64,000 nucleotides of DNA from an uncultured Bacteroidales bacterium (GTDB taxonomy: Bacteria > Bacteroidota > Bacteroidia > Bacteroidales > Muribaculaceae): assembly GCA_902796035.1 (NCBI GenBank), contig CADBNR010000074.1, positions 1,771-65,770 on the forward strand, written 5' to 3'. The notes beneath the pieces are model-generated. The model saw only the letters and a list, made by a program, of their open reading frames with translations, made no database searches and was not told the DNA's origin. Positions 43,132-53,174 of this stretch are shown here, piece by piece; the first letter of the stretch is position 1; each line of letters begins with the position of its first letter. A program made the position numbers and the translations under genes.

Positions 43132-43703
43132 AATTGAAAAATATAATATCTATTCTTGGGATTGGCCTCATGATGATGTGGCCGATAAGTTGCAGCAAGA
43201 CAAAATCGTATTCCGAACTGCTGCTTGACGAGGAACATGCGGTTAACTGGTACCTGGCCCAGAACGAGGTGGAGGTAAGACTTCCCGAAGACTCAGTATT
43301 CAAGACAGGGGAGGACGCTCCATTCTATAAGATGGACGGCCAGGGTAATGTATATATGCGTGTCATAAACCCCGGCGACAAGAATTACAGGGCCAAGAGC
43401 GGAGACCGCGTGTATTTCAAATATATGCGTCAGAACATATCCGACCTGAAGGCGGGACTGATTACAAAGGACGACTGGATCGGCAATGCCGAGAATATGG
43501 CGACTTCTCCGACATTCTTCATTCTTGACGAGACCAATCTGACTTCATCCACCAAATATGGTACGGGTATACAGTTGCCGATGAAGTGGCTCGGGTATTA
43601 CAGTGAGGTAGAACTCGTAATCAAGTCGATCGAGGGATGGACTGACCAGGCGGACGTGATACCAGTGGTGTATCGAGTCCGTTATTTCCCTGCAGAATAT
43701 TAG
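43128..43703 (+). CDS. DUF4827-family lipoprotein
   Basis: 191 aa. Lipobox PISCSK and an ATGA overlap with nrnA. This small lipoprotein commonly follows nrnA in Bacteroidales, and the family call is from memory of that synteny. Confidence 0.6.
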   Translation: MKLKNIISILGIGLMMMWPISCSKTKSYSELLLDEEHAVNWYLAQNEVEVRLPEDSVFKTGEDAPFYKMDGQGNVYMRVINPGDKNYRAKSGDRVYFKYMRQNISDLKAGLITKDDWIGNAENMATSPTFFILDETNLTSSTKYGTGIQLPMKWLGYYSEVELVIKSIEGWTDQADVIPVVYRVRYFPAEY

Positions 43704-43772
43704 TATCGACTGAGTATATAGCTGAATTACAACAAGAACAAGGTCAACGACCTGAAACAGAAATAGAGCATT

Positions 43773-45161
43773 ATGTCATTGATAAAATCAATATCGGGTA
43801 TACGGGGAACGATAGGGGGACCTGCAGGCGAGGGCCTGTCGGGCGTTGATGTCGTAAAGTTTACAGCCGCATACGCATCCTTTATCCGCAAAGGTTGTGG
43901 CGACAACAATGTGATAGTGGTGGGCCGCGACGGAAGGCTGTCGGGCGAAATGGTGTCGAAGCTTGTGGTCGGCACGTTGATGTCCATGGGTTTCGACGTA
44001 ATCAACATAGGACTTGCATCGACTCCTACTACCGAACTGGCCGTGACCGGAGAAAAAGCAGCGGGCGGAATTATCATCACGGCAAGTCACAACCCGGTTC
44101 AGTGGAATGCTCTGAAGCTTCTGAACGGCAACGGTGAGTTCCTGACCGACCGGGAGGGCAAGGAGGTGATACGCATCGCCGACGAGAACGACTATGAGTT
44201 CGCGTCCGTTACCGAGTTGGGACACGAGTATCATGTGGATACGTGGAACCGCAATCATATAGCTCAAGTTCTTGCATTGCCTCTGGTTGACGTGGATGCC
44301 ATCCGGAAGGCCAACTTCAAAGTAGCTCTGGACGCAATTAATTCCGTTGGCGGCATCGTGATGCCTCAGTTGCTTCATGCGCTCGGTGTGAAGGGCATAG
44401 TGGAACTCAACTGCGACTGTACAGGTAAATTCGCTCATACACCTGAACCGATTCCGGAGAATCTGACCGACATTTCGGCTGTAGTAAAGGAATCGGGCGC
44501 TGACGTAGGCTTTGTGGTCGATCCCGATGTTGACCGTCTTGCCATCGTTATGGAGAATGGAGAGATGTTTATCGAGGAGAATACGCTGATAGCCATATCG
44601 GACTATGTGTTGGAGCATACTCCCGGTTCGACGGTTTCGAACCTGAGTTCGTCCCGCGGACTGCGAGACGTTACACGCAGACACGGCTGCGAATACACTG
44701 CCGCGGCCGTGGGTGAGGTGAATGTGGTAACCAAGATGAAGGAAACCGGTGCGATAATAGGCGGTGAAGGCAACGGTGGTGTGATTTATCCCGCCATCCA
44801 CTATGGCCGCGACGCATTGGTAGGCGTGGCCCTGTTCCTTACCATGATGGCGAAGAGCGGCAAAAAAGTGACGGAAATCAAGGCTGCCCTTCCACAGTAC
44901 GCGATAGCCAAGAATAAGATACAGCTCACCCCCGAACTTGACGTGGATGCGATCTTGGAGGAAGTGAAGGTGCGCTTTAAGGATGAGGAGATTACCGACA
45001 TCGATGGCGTTAAGATCGACTTCCCCGACAGCTGGGTGCATCTGCGCAAGTCCAACACGGAGCCGATTATCCGCATATACAGCGAAGCTTCCACAATGGA
45101 GCGGGCCGATGCATTGGCCGATGAAATAAAGAAGATCATCAAGGAAATAACAGAGAAATAA
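43773..45161 (+). CDS. glmM: Phosphoglucosamine mutase
   Basis: 462 aa. Active-site loop ITASHNP, a four-domain alpha-D-phosphohexomutase layout, and the metal site FVVDPDVDR. Confidence 0.9.
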   Translation: MSLIKSISGIRGTIGGPAGEGLSGVDVVKFTAAYASFIRKGCGDNNVIVVGRDGRLSGEMVSKLVVGTLMSMGFDVINIGLASTPTTELAVTGEKAAGGIIITASHNPVQWNALKLLNGNGEFLTDREGKEVIRIADENDYEFASVTELGHEYHVDTWNRNHIAQVLALPLVDVDAIRKANFKVALDAINSVGGIVMPQLLHALGVKGIVELNCDCTGKFAHTPEPIPENLTDISAVVKESGADVGFVVDPDVDRLAIVMENGEMFIEENTLIAISDYVLEHTPGSTVSNLSSSRGLRDVTRRHGCEYTAAAVGEVNVVTKMKETGAIIGGEGNGGVIYPAIHYGRDALVGVALFLTMMAKSGKKVTEIKAALPQYAIAKNKIQLTPELDVDAILEEVKVRFKDEEITDIDGVKIDFPDSWVHLRKSNTEPIIRIYSEASTMERADALADEIKKIIKEITEK

Positions 45162-46957
45162 TGCTTAAAAAGTTCTTTTTAAACACGCTGTCATCGTTTG
45201 TCGGGGCATGGCTGGCTCTGGTGCTGGTGGTCGTGTCATCGATGATACTGCTGTTCGGAATGATAGGAAGCGGTATCGCGTCGGAAATGGGCGATGCAGA
45301 GCAATTGAAGTCAAAAAGCATTCTGACCATAAACCTTGATGGTGCTGTAAGCGAGCGCGAGTCAGCCACGGCTCCCGACCTTACGTCGTTGGTACAGGGA
45401 AACCTGACCAAGCCACAGAACCTTAACGTAATAGTGGAGGCTCTGGAGGAAGCCGCGCGCAACCGCAATATCTCGGCCGTATATCTGAAGTGCGGTGCCC
45501 TTCAGGCAAGTCCTGCGGCATGTTATGCCATACGTCAGGCCGTGCTGAAGTATAAGAAGAGCGGCAAGCAGGTGTATGCATACGCAGATACATATACAAC
45601 AGGAACGTATCTGATAGCATCAGCAGCCGATCGTGTATATATGAATCCGCAGGGAATGCTGGAGATGCAGGGCATGTCGTCGACAGTCCTATATTACAAA
45701 GATCTGCTCGATAAGCTCGGAGTGGAGTTCCAAGTAGTGAAAGTCGGTACGTTCAAGTCGGCCGTAGAGCCTTACATCATGAACAGCATGAGTGAGCCGG
45801 CCCGCGCTAAGATGGACACTTTGCTCGGAAACATGTGGGGCGTGATAAAAAAGAATATAAGCGAGACCCGCAAGGGAGTGACGCCCCAGGAGATAGACTC
45901 TCTTGTATCCAGGACATACATAACTTTTGCCCCTGCAAAAACATCGGTTGAAGCGGGACTTGTAGATTCTCTCGTATACGAACGCACCATCGATGCGAAA
46001 TTCGCTACACTGACAGGTCAGGACGTGGATGATGTGAATTTCGTAAGCCCGACCACATTGGTGAAGCAGGTACCCTGGTCCACCGCATACGACAGCAAGA
46101 ACCGTATTGCGGTGCTGTATGCTGTGGGTGAGATCAACGATGTAAGCCAGGAAGGCATAAATTACCATAGTCTTGTTCCGATCATCACGGAACTGGCCGA
46201 TGACGACAATGTCAAGGGAATGGTGCTTCGGGTCAATTCTCCGGGAGGTTCTGCTTTCGGCAGCGACCAGATTGGCGAGGCCCTGGATTATTTCCAGTCA
46301 AAGGGCAAGCCCCTGGCCGTCTCTATGGGTGCATACGCCGCGTCGGGAGGCTATTGGATTTCGGCAGGTGCAGACAAGATTTTCGCAAATCCTCTGACAA
46401 TAACCGGTTCAATCGGCATATTCGGTCTGATTCCCAACGTAAGGGGTCTGGCTGATAAGCTCGGCGTCAATCCGCAGACAGTATCCACCAATCCCAACGC
46501 GCAGTTCCCGAGTCTGACCGAAAGTATGACTGACGAGATGAAGGGTGTGATGCAGCAGTATGTGAACCGTGGCTATGAGGACTTCGTAGGCCGTGTAGCC
46601 AAAGGGCGAAAGATGAGTGTACAGGCTGTGAAGCGCATTGCCGAGGGGCGCGTGTGGGACGCTATATCGGCCAAACGCATCGGATTGGTCGATTCAATCG
46701 GCAGTCTGAACGATGCGATAGAATGGGTTGCCTCCAAGGCCAAGATTCTTGACAAATACAATGTGGCGGCATATCCTGAGTACAAGCCTTCGTTCTGGGA
46801 CATGCTTCCTTCTAACCTGTCATCTATGACGACCATGCGGCAGATGCTTGAGCCCAAGCCTGAAGAGATGATGATAATGAAGATGCGCGAGTTGCTGCGT
46901 AGAGAAAGAATTCAGGCACGCATGGCCGACATAAAAGTTGAATTCATAGGTAAATAG
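45161..46957 (+). CDS. sppA: Signal peptide peptidase SppA, 67K type (two S49 domains)
   Basis: 598 aa. N-terminal TM helix, with VNSPGGSAFGSD and YAASGGYWIS motifs. Confidence 0.92.
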   Translation: MLKKFFLNTLSSFVGAWLALVLVVVSSMILLFGMIGSGIASEMGDAEQLKSKSILTINLDGAVSERESATAPDLTSLVQGNLTKPQNLNVIVEALEEAARNRNISAVYLKCGALQASPAACYAIRQAVLKYKKSGKQVYAYADTYTTGTYLIASAADRVYMNPQGMLEMQGMSSTVLYYKDLLDKLGVEFQVVKVGTFKSAVEPYIMNSMSEPARAKMDTLLGNMWGVIKKNISETRKGVTPQEIDSLVSRTYITFAPAKTSVEAGLVDSLVYERTIDAKFATLTGQDVDDVNFVSPTTLVKQVPWSTAYDSKNRIAVLYAVGEINDVSQEGINYHSLVPIITELADDDNVKGMVLRVNSPGGSAFGSDQIGEALDYFQSKGKPLAVSMGAYAASGGYWISAGADKIFANPLTITGSIGIFGLIPNVRGLADKLGVNPQTVSTNPNAQFPSLTESMTDEMKGVMQQYVNRGYEDFVGRVAKGRKMSVQAVKRIAEGRVWDAISAKRIGLVDSIGSLNDAIEWVASKAKILDKYNVAAYPEYKPSFWDMLPSNLSSMTTMRQMLEPKPEEMMIMKMRELLRRERIQARMADIKVEFIGK

Positions 46958-46996
46958 GCCGTAGGACATATAAACCATCAGAACCATCAACACACG

Positions 46997-48106
46997 ATGC
47001 TAACACGCAGTCAACTCATAACATGGTTATTGAAACCTGTATCATGGATATACGGGTGCGTAATGGCCGTGCGCAACTGGATGTTCGACAATAAGCTGTT
47101 GCCTGTGATGGAGTATGACGTGCCTGTGGTGAGTGTCGGCAACATCACGGTAGGAGGCACCGGGAAGACACCGCATGTGGAGTATATCATAAACGAGTTG
47201 TGCATGACATACAACATTGCCGTCCTGTCGCGAGGTTACAAACGTAAGACCAAGGGCTTCCTGCTGGCCAATTCCACCAGCACACCCGACAGCGTGGGCG
47301 ACGAGCCGTTGCAGATATACCATAAGTTCGGCAATCAGGTCAAGGTGGCGGTGTGCGAGAATCGTCGGCACGGCATCTCGGAGCTGCTGCGGCAGTTCCC
47401 GGACATTCAGCTGATACTGCTTGACGACGCGTTCCAGCACCGGTTTGTAAAGCCTAAGGTATCGATACTGCTGTCGGACTATAACAGACCCATTTACCGC
47501 GACCATCTGCTGCCGTTGGGACGCCTACGCGAAAACTGGAAACAGGTGGAACGCGCCGACATGGTGGTGGTGACCAAGTGCCCGGCGCAGGTATCGCCCA
47601 TTGACGTGCGTCTGATATGCAAGGAATTAGGTGGTGACCATGCAACCAAAGGTCTGAATCCGAGACCTTACCAGAGCCTTTTCTTCTCGCAGGTGGTGTA
47701 CGGCGGACTGCTTCCCGTATTCCCGGATGACAAGCCTTATCACGTGACACTGGGCAGCCTCACCGAGCGAGACACGGTGCTGCTTCTGACCGGAATAGCC
47801 AATCCACGAGGATTCGTACGATATTTCAAGAATTATCCCTTTAAGGTGGTTGTGTGTCATTATCCGGATCATCATGATTTCCAACGCAAGGATATCGAGA
47901 ATATAAAGAAGAAATTCGATTCGTTGACCGGAGAACGCAAGATGATCATCACCACGGAAAAGGATGCAATACGACTGGCGTATAACCCGTACGTGCCAAC
48001 AAAACTGAAGCCTCTGACGTTTTATCTACCGATAGCGGTGCAGATGATGTCCAAGCAGTACGGTAGCGACTTCATACGCGACCTGAAGGCACGAATAGAA
48101 GCATAA
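46997..48106 (+). CDS. lpxK: Tetraacyldisaccharide 4'-kinase
   Basis: 369 aa. P-loop VGNITVGGTGKTP and LDDAFQH. Confidence 0.93.
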   Translation: MLTRSQLITWLLKPVSWIYGCVMAVRNWMFDNKLLPVMEYDVPVVSVGNITVGGTGKTPHVEYIINELCMTYNIAVLSRGYKRKTKGFLLANSTSTPDSVGDEPLQIYHKFGNQVKVAVCENRRHGISELLRQFPDIQLILLDDAFQHRFVKPKVSILLSDYNRPIYRDHLLPLGRLRENWKQVERADMVVVTKCPAQVSPIDVRLICKELGGDHATKGLNPRPYQSLFFSQVVYGGLLPVFPDDKPYHVTLGSLTERDTVLLLTGIANPRGFVRYFKNYPFKVVVCHYPDHHDFQRKDIENIKKKFDSLTGERKMIITTEKDAIRLAYNPYVPTKLKPLTFYLPIAVQMMSKQYGSDFIRDLKARIEA

Positions 48107-48175
48107 AGTACAGAAAAACAGAATTAGACATAATTAATTGGGCGGACAGTGATGTCCGTGTCATAAATCAATACG

Positions 48176-49000
48176 ATGGAAAAGACATATTTGGAGAAAA
48201 TCAGCGAGACAGCGGAATATATCCGCGCAGAAGTAGGTGAGCTTCCTGCAATCGGGGTGATCCTCGGCACGGGACTTGGCGACCTGGTGAACTATATAGA
48301 GATAAAGAAGGAGATAGATTACCACACTATCCCCAACATGCCTGTGTCTACTGTGGAGGGACACAGCGGAAAGCTCATATTCGGTAATCTCGGCGGCAAG
48401 TACATCGTGGCCATGCAGGGTCGTTTCCACTACTACGAGGGCTATGACATGAAGGAGGTGACCTTCCCCGTACGTGTCATGAAGGCCCTTGGAGTCAACA
48501 CTCTGTTTGTCAGCAACGCATCGGGAGGCATGAACAAGGAGTTCAAGGTAGGCGACGTGATGGTAATCACCGACCACATCAACCTGTTCCCCGAAAACCC
48601 GCTGAGGGGTAAGAACTACGAGGAACTGGGCACTCGTTTTCCGGCCATGACGGAGGCATATAGCCACGCATTGATCGACATGGCCGACGCTATCGCAGCC
48701 GAAGACAACATCCGACTGATGCACGGCGTGTATGTAGGCACACCCGGGCCAACGTTCGAGACCCCGGCAGAGTATGAGTATTTCCGCGTGATCGGCGGTG
48801 ACGCAGTGGGTATGTCCACGGTTCCTGAAGTTATCGTTGCCAACCATGCCGGCATGAAGGTGTTCGGCGTGTCGGTTATCACTGACCTTGGAGGCAAGGA
48901 TGTCCGCGAAGTTCCGACTCACGAGGAAGTGCAGAAGGCTGCCGTCAAGGCCCAGCCCGTGATGACGCACATCATTCAGAAGATGCTGGAGCGTCTGTAA
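48176..49000 (+). CDS. Purine-nucleoside phosphorylase (trimeric PNP/MTAP family)
   Basis: 274 aa. Contains GRFHYYEGY, VSNASGG and GMSTVPE motifs. Confidence 0.9.
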   Translation: MEKTYLEKISETAEYIRAEVGELPAIGVILGTGLGDLVNYIEIKKEIDYHTIPNMPVSTVEGHSGKLIFGNLGGKYIVAMQGRFHYYEGYDMKEVTFPVRVMKALGVNTLFVSNASGGMNKEFKVGDVMVITDHINLFPENPLRGKNYEELGTRFPAMTEAYSHALIDMADAIAAEDNIRLMHGVYVGTPGPTFETPAEYEYFRVIGGDAVGMSTVPEVIVANHAGMKVFGVSVITDLGGKDVREVPTHEEVQKAAVKAQPVMTHIIQKMLERL

Positions 49001-49060
49001 TATAGAGTATAAATACATATCGTAAAGATATGTGACAGTCAATTTCTTACACATAACATA

Positions 49061-50101
49061 ATGAGTAACGAAAGAGAGATATCGGAGGTCGGTGAGTTTG
49101 GACTCATCGACCTTTTGACAAAAGATTTTCCGTTGCGTAACGAGTCGAGCCGCAAGGGCGTGGGCGACGATGCGGCGGTGTTGTCGTATGGCGACAAGGA
49201 AGTGCTCGTCACGACCGACCTTTTGCTGGAAGGCATTCATTTCGATCTGCGTTACGTGCCGTTGAAGCATTTAGGCTATAAGGCCGCGATAGTGAACTTC
49301 AGCGACATCTACGCCATGATGGGCACACCAAAGCAGATTGTGGTGAGCGTCGGAGTGTCGAGTCGCTTCACCGTGGACCATATCGAGGAATTGTATTCCG
49401 GCATCCGGCTCGCCTGTGACCTATATGGCGTGGACCTGGTCGGAGGAGATACTTCTGCCTCCGTCACCGGTCTGGTGATAAGCGTGACGTGCATAGGAGA
49501 GGGAAAGAAAGACGAGATAGTGTACCGCGACGGAGCCAAGCCCACTGACCTGATATGCGTCAGCGGCGACCTGGGCGCGGCGTACATGGGACTGCAGCTG
49601 CTGGAACGCGAGAACCGTGTAGCTGCGGAACGAAAGAATCAGGAACCGTTTCAGCCTGACTTCGCAGGCAAGGAATACATACTGGAACGCCAGCTTAAGC
49701 CCGAGGCACGCAAGGACATAGTGCAGATGCTGAAGGACAAGGGCATTCATCCCACGTCCATGATGGATGTCAGCGACGGCCTGTCCTCCGAGCTGCTGCA
49801 TATATGCAAGGCATCGGGAGTGGGTTGTCGTGTTTATGAAGACCGTATTCCCATCGATTATCAGACAGCATGCATGGCCGAGGAATTCAATATGAACATG
49901 GTGACTGCGGCCATGAACGGCGGCGAGGATTATGAGCTGTTGTTCACGGTGCCTCTGACCGACAATGAGAAAGTCGAGAAGCTGGAGGGCGTAAAGGTAA
50001 TAGGCTATATCACCGATAATGATCTCGGTGCGGCCATGATAACACGCGACGGTCAGGAGATGCCGATACGAGCCCAGGGGTGGAACGCATTCACAAAATA
50101 A
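49061..50101 (+). CDS. thiL: Thiamine-monophosphate kinase
   Basis: 346 aa. GVGDDAAVL and the AIR-synthase-like PurM fold pattern (GGDTS..., GGEDYELLF). Confidence 0.92.
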   Translation: MSNEREISEVGEFGLIDLLTKDFPLRNESSRKGVGDDAAVLSYGDKEVLVTTDLLLEGIHFDLRYVPLKHLGYKAAIVNFSDIYAMMGTPKQIVVSVGVSSRFTVDHIEELYSGIRLACDLYGVDLVGGDTSASVTGLVISVTCIGEGKKDEIVYRDGAKPTDLICVSGDLGAAYMGLQLLERENRVAAERKNQEPFQPDFAGKEYILERQLKPEARKDIVQMLKDKGIHPTSMMDVSDGLSSELLHICKASGVGCRVYEDRIPIDYQTACMAEEFNMNMVTAAMNGGEDYELLFTVPLTDNEKVEKLEGVKVIGYITDNDLGAAMITRDGQEMPIRAQGWNAFTK

Positions 50102-50119
50102 GCAAATACGATATCCGAA

Positions 50120-51181
50120 GTGAAGAACAAGGGACTGGAATATATCAACAGGCGGTTGCCTGCCGAGTGGGAACGCTGTGGCCGGATACTTATGTCATGG
50201 CCTCATATCGATACCGACTGGGCCGACGTGATAGAGGAAGCGCGCGAACAGTTTGCACGCCTCACGGCAGCGTTCGTGTCGACCGGCGACAAGGTGCTGA
50301 TGCTTACGGCCAACCGGCAGGAGACAATGACGTTTCTGATGAAATGGTTTGATCGGAACGGTTTCGATGTAAAACTGCTGGACAGCGTGGATTACCTGTG
50401 TTACGTGTGCAACGACACGTGGACACGCGATTACGGTCCCTTGTCGGTCATTAACGAGGACAACGGCGACGTGCTGACTCTGGATTTCGGCTTCAACGCA
50501 TGGGGACTGAAGTTTGCTGCCGGCAAGGACAATCAGGCCACTGCCTTCATGGCACGGCACGATGTGATTCCACATGAAGGGTATGTTGACTGCCGAGACT
50601 TCATCCTTGAAGGAGGATCGGTGGAAACAGACGGAAAGGGTACGTTGCTCACCACGTCGGAATGCCTGATGAATCCCAACCGTAATCCCGCATACACGCG
50701 AAGCGAGATAGAGGACATATTGCGCAAGCGTCTTGGCTTCACAAGATTCCTGTGGCTGGAGCATGGTCACATCGAGGGTGACGACACCGACTCGCATATC
50801 GACACATTAGCGCGACTTGCCCCTGGAGATGTGATATATTATTGCGGTCCCGGAGAGGAAATGAACGAGTCGTTGGTGAAAATGCGCGATGAACTGAAGG
50901 CTTTGCGTACTGCCGACGGACAGCCTTACCATCTTGTGGAACTGCCATTACCCGACGCCATATATGATGATGAAGGTAATCGTCTGGCAGCTACATACGC
51001 CAATTATCTGGTGACGGAGAAAGCCGTGTATGTGCCGATATATCAGCAGCCGCTTAAGGACGAGATGGCGGTAATGATGTTGTCGTTGGCATATCATGAC
51101 CACAAGATAGTGCCGGTGGACTGCACTACGTTGATAAAACAGGGAGGATCGCTGCACTGCAGCACAATGCAATTGTTATGA
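50120..51181 (+). CDS. aguA: Agmatine deiminase family protein
   Basis: 353 aa (GTG start in the track). Contains PAEWE, WTRDYGP and the C-terminal catalytic GGSLHCSTMQ. Confidence 0.9.
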   Translation: MKNKGLEYINRRLPAEWERCGRILMSWPHIDTDWADVIEEAREQFARLTAAFVSTGDKVLMLTANRQETMTFLMKWFDRNGFDVKLLDSVDYLCYVCNDTWTRDYGPLSVINEDNGDVLTLDFGFNAWGLKFAAGKDNQATAFMARHDVIPHEGYVDCRDFILEGGSVETDGKGTLLTTSECLMNPNRNPAYTRSEIEDILRKRLGFTRFLWLEHGHIEGDDTDSHIDTLARLAPGDVIYYCGPGEEMNESLVKMRDELKALRTADGQPYHLVELPLPDAIYDDEGNRLAATYANYLVTEKAVYVPIYQQPLKDEMAVMMLSLAYHDHKIVPVDCTTLIKQGGSLHCSTMQLL

Positions 51182-52074
51182 CGACAAACAGAAAGATTAA
51201 AGTAGGAATAGTACAGCATTCGTTCACAGCAGATGTGGAGTCCAATCGCGCCCGGAATCTGACGGCCATAGAGAGTCTTGTCTCCGAGGGGGCACAGCTG
51301 ATAGTGCTGTCCGAACTGCACGATTCGCTGTATTTCTGCCAGACGGAAGATGTGGAGAACTTCGCGCTGGCCGAGGAGATTCCCAGCGACTTCACCGAGT
51401 TTTACGCCAACGCAGCCATGACCAACAACGTCGTGCTGGTAACGAGTGTGTTCGAACGTCGCGCTCCGGGACTGTATCATAACACGGCATTGGTATTCGA
51501 CACCAATGGCGAGATGGCCGGCAAGTACCGCAAGATGCACATACCCGATGATCCCGGTTTCTACGAGAAATTCTATTTCGCCCCCGGGGATCTCGGTTTT
51601 GAGCCGATACAGACTTCGTTGGGACGTCTCGGCGTATTGGTTTGCTGGGACCAGTGGTATCCCGAGGCAGCGCGCCTGATGGCCATGCGTGGAGCGGAGA
51701 TGCTGATTTATCCCACGGCGATAGGTTGGAATCCCGATGACACCGAAGATGAGAAAGCGCGTCAGCGCGAAGCATGGATTACCGTGCAGCGTGGTCATGC
51801 CGTCGCAAACGGACTGCCGGTTGTGTCGGTAAACCGCAACGGGTTCGAGGAGGATTCGTCGGGCCAGACATCGGGCATTGACTTCTGGGGCAGCAGTTTT
51901 GTGGCCGGTCCGCAGGGGGAGATACTGTTTATGGCGCCCGACAACGAAGCCTGCGAACATGTGGTGGACGTTGACATGCAGCGCTGCGAGAACGTGCGCC
52001 AGTGGTGGCCGTTCTTCCGCGACCGCCGCATCGACCATTACGGCCCGCTGACCAGGCGATGGCTGCAGGAATAG
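51178..52074 (+). CDS. aguB: N-carbamoylputrescine amidase (carbon-nitrogen hydrolase)
   Basis: 298 aa. E-K-C triad context (LSELH..., KMHIP, VLVCWDQWYPE) and an ATGA overlap with aguA. Confidence 0.9.
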   Translation: MTTNRKIKVGIVQHSFTADVESNRARNLTAIESLVSEGAQLIVLSELHDSLYFCQTEDVENFALAEEIPSDFTEFYANAAMTNNVVLVTSVFERRAPGLYHNTALVFDTNGEMAGKYRKMHIPDDPGFYEKFYFAPGDLGFEPIQTSLGRLGVLVCWDQWYPEAARLMAMRGAEMLIYPTAIGWNPDDTEDEKARQREAWITVQRGHAVANGLPVVSVNRNGFEEDSSGQTSGIDFWGSSFVAGPQGEILFMAPDNEACEHVVDVDMQRCENVRQWWPFFRDRRIDHYGPLTRRWLQE

Positions 52075-52079
52075 TTTAC

Positions 52080-52151
52080 AAAGTTAAAAAAGTTAAGATA
52101 ATAGTGGCGACATAGGCGAGTCAAAACATTTATCTTAACTTTTTTAACTTT
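52080..52151. terminator. 21-bp perfect AT-rich inverted repeat (AAAGTTAAAAAAGTTAAGATA - 30 nt - TATCTTAACTTTTTTAACTTT), bidirectional terminator candidate
   Basis: The arms at 52080-52100 and 52131-52151 were verified as exact reverse complements. It lies between convergent aguB (+) and the ABC permease (-). Confidence 0.65.
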
Positions 52152-52163
52152 TAAACTCATAAA

Positions 52164-53174
52164 CTATTTGCGGTATCCGGCGAGGATTACGTATAGGATT
52201 ACCGGGACACCGACAATAGGGGTGAGGGCGTTGAGGGGGACGACGTTGCTTGGCATCACGGAGAGGCAATTGCATCCCAAGGCCACGATGGCGCCTACAA
52301 GCATAGTGGCCGGCATCAGCACCCAATGGTTGTCGGTGCGTGTCATCAGTCGCGCTATGTGTGGCATTGCCAGTCCTATGAACGATATCGGGCCGCAGAA
52401 AGCGGTCACAACCGCCGTCAGCAGACCGGTGACGACGAGCAGCCATGTCTTGACGCGCTCAACGCGTATGCCTAAGTTCAAAGCGTAATTGTCGCCCAAC
52501 AGCAGAATGTTGAGGGGCTTGGCCAGGAGCATGGCGCCAAGCAGGCCCATTATGATCAAGATGGACAGCATGGGAAGCTGTTGTAATGATACCTGTGCGA
52601 ACGATCCCATTCCCCATATTACATATCCCTGAAGGCTCTGTTCGTTTGTCAGCGATGACAGCAGAGTCACCACAGATGACGTAAGGTATCCCGTCATGAT
52701 GCCTACAATCAGAAGCATCAGATTGTTGCGTACACGCAGGGAGATCAGAGTCAGTAATCCGGTAATGGCAAAGCTGCCGATGGAGGCGGCAACAATTATG
52801 GCCGCATACCCGCCAATGCTTGAGTTGCCGATGGAGATGGTGCCTCCCAATGCAAGCATGACCAACGCCACGCCTAAACTTGCTCCTGAACTGATGCCGA
52901 GAATGGAAGGTCCCGCCAACGGATTGCGGAAGGCCGTCTGAAGCATAAGACCCGTTACCGCCAATGCAGCTCCTCCCAACAGAGCCGTCACGGCCTGAGG
53001 CATACGGTTTTCAAATATGATATAGGATGTGATGCTGTCGCGGTCGTTGCCCCGAAGCGCGTTCCACACTTCGGACGCGTCGATGTGTACAGCCCCGAAA
53101 AAAAGGTTGCATAAGAACATCACCGCAACGCACAGTATAAGCAGCGTGAATGTTAATTTCTTGGAGAGGTTCAC
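52164..53174 (-). CDS. FecCD-family ABC transporter permease (BtuC-like)
   Basis: 336 aa, about 9-10 TM, with typical FecCD motifs (GAALAVTGLMLQ..., LLLGDNYALNLG). It is the last gene of the riboswitch-led locus. Confidence 0.88.
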   Translation of the reverse strand: MNLSKKLTFTLLILCVAVMFLCNLFFGAVHIDASEVWNALRGNDRDSITSYIIFENRMPQAVTALLGGAALAVTGLMLQTAFRNPLAGPSILGISSGASLGVALVMLALGGTISIGNSSIGGYAAIIVAASIGSFAITGLLTLISLRVRNNLMLLIVGIMTGYLTSSVVTLLSSLTNEQSLQGYVIWGMGSFAQVSLQQLPMLSILIIMGLLGAMLLAKPLNILLLGDNYALNLGIRVERVKTWLLVVTGLLTAVVTAFCGPISFIGLAMPHIARLMTRTDNHWVLMPATMLVGAIVALGCNCLSVMPSNVVPLNALTPIVGVPVILYVILAGYRK

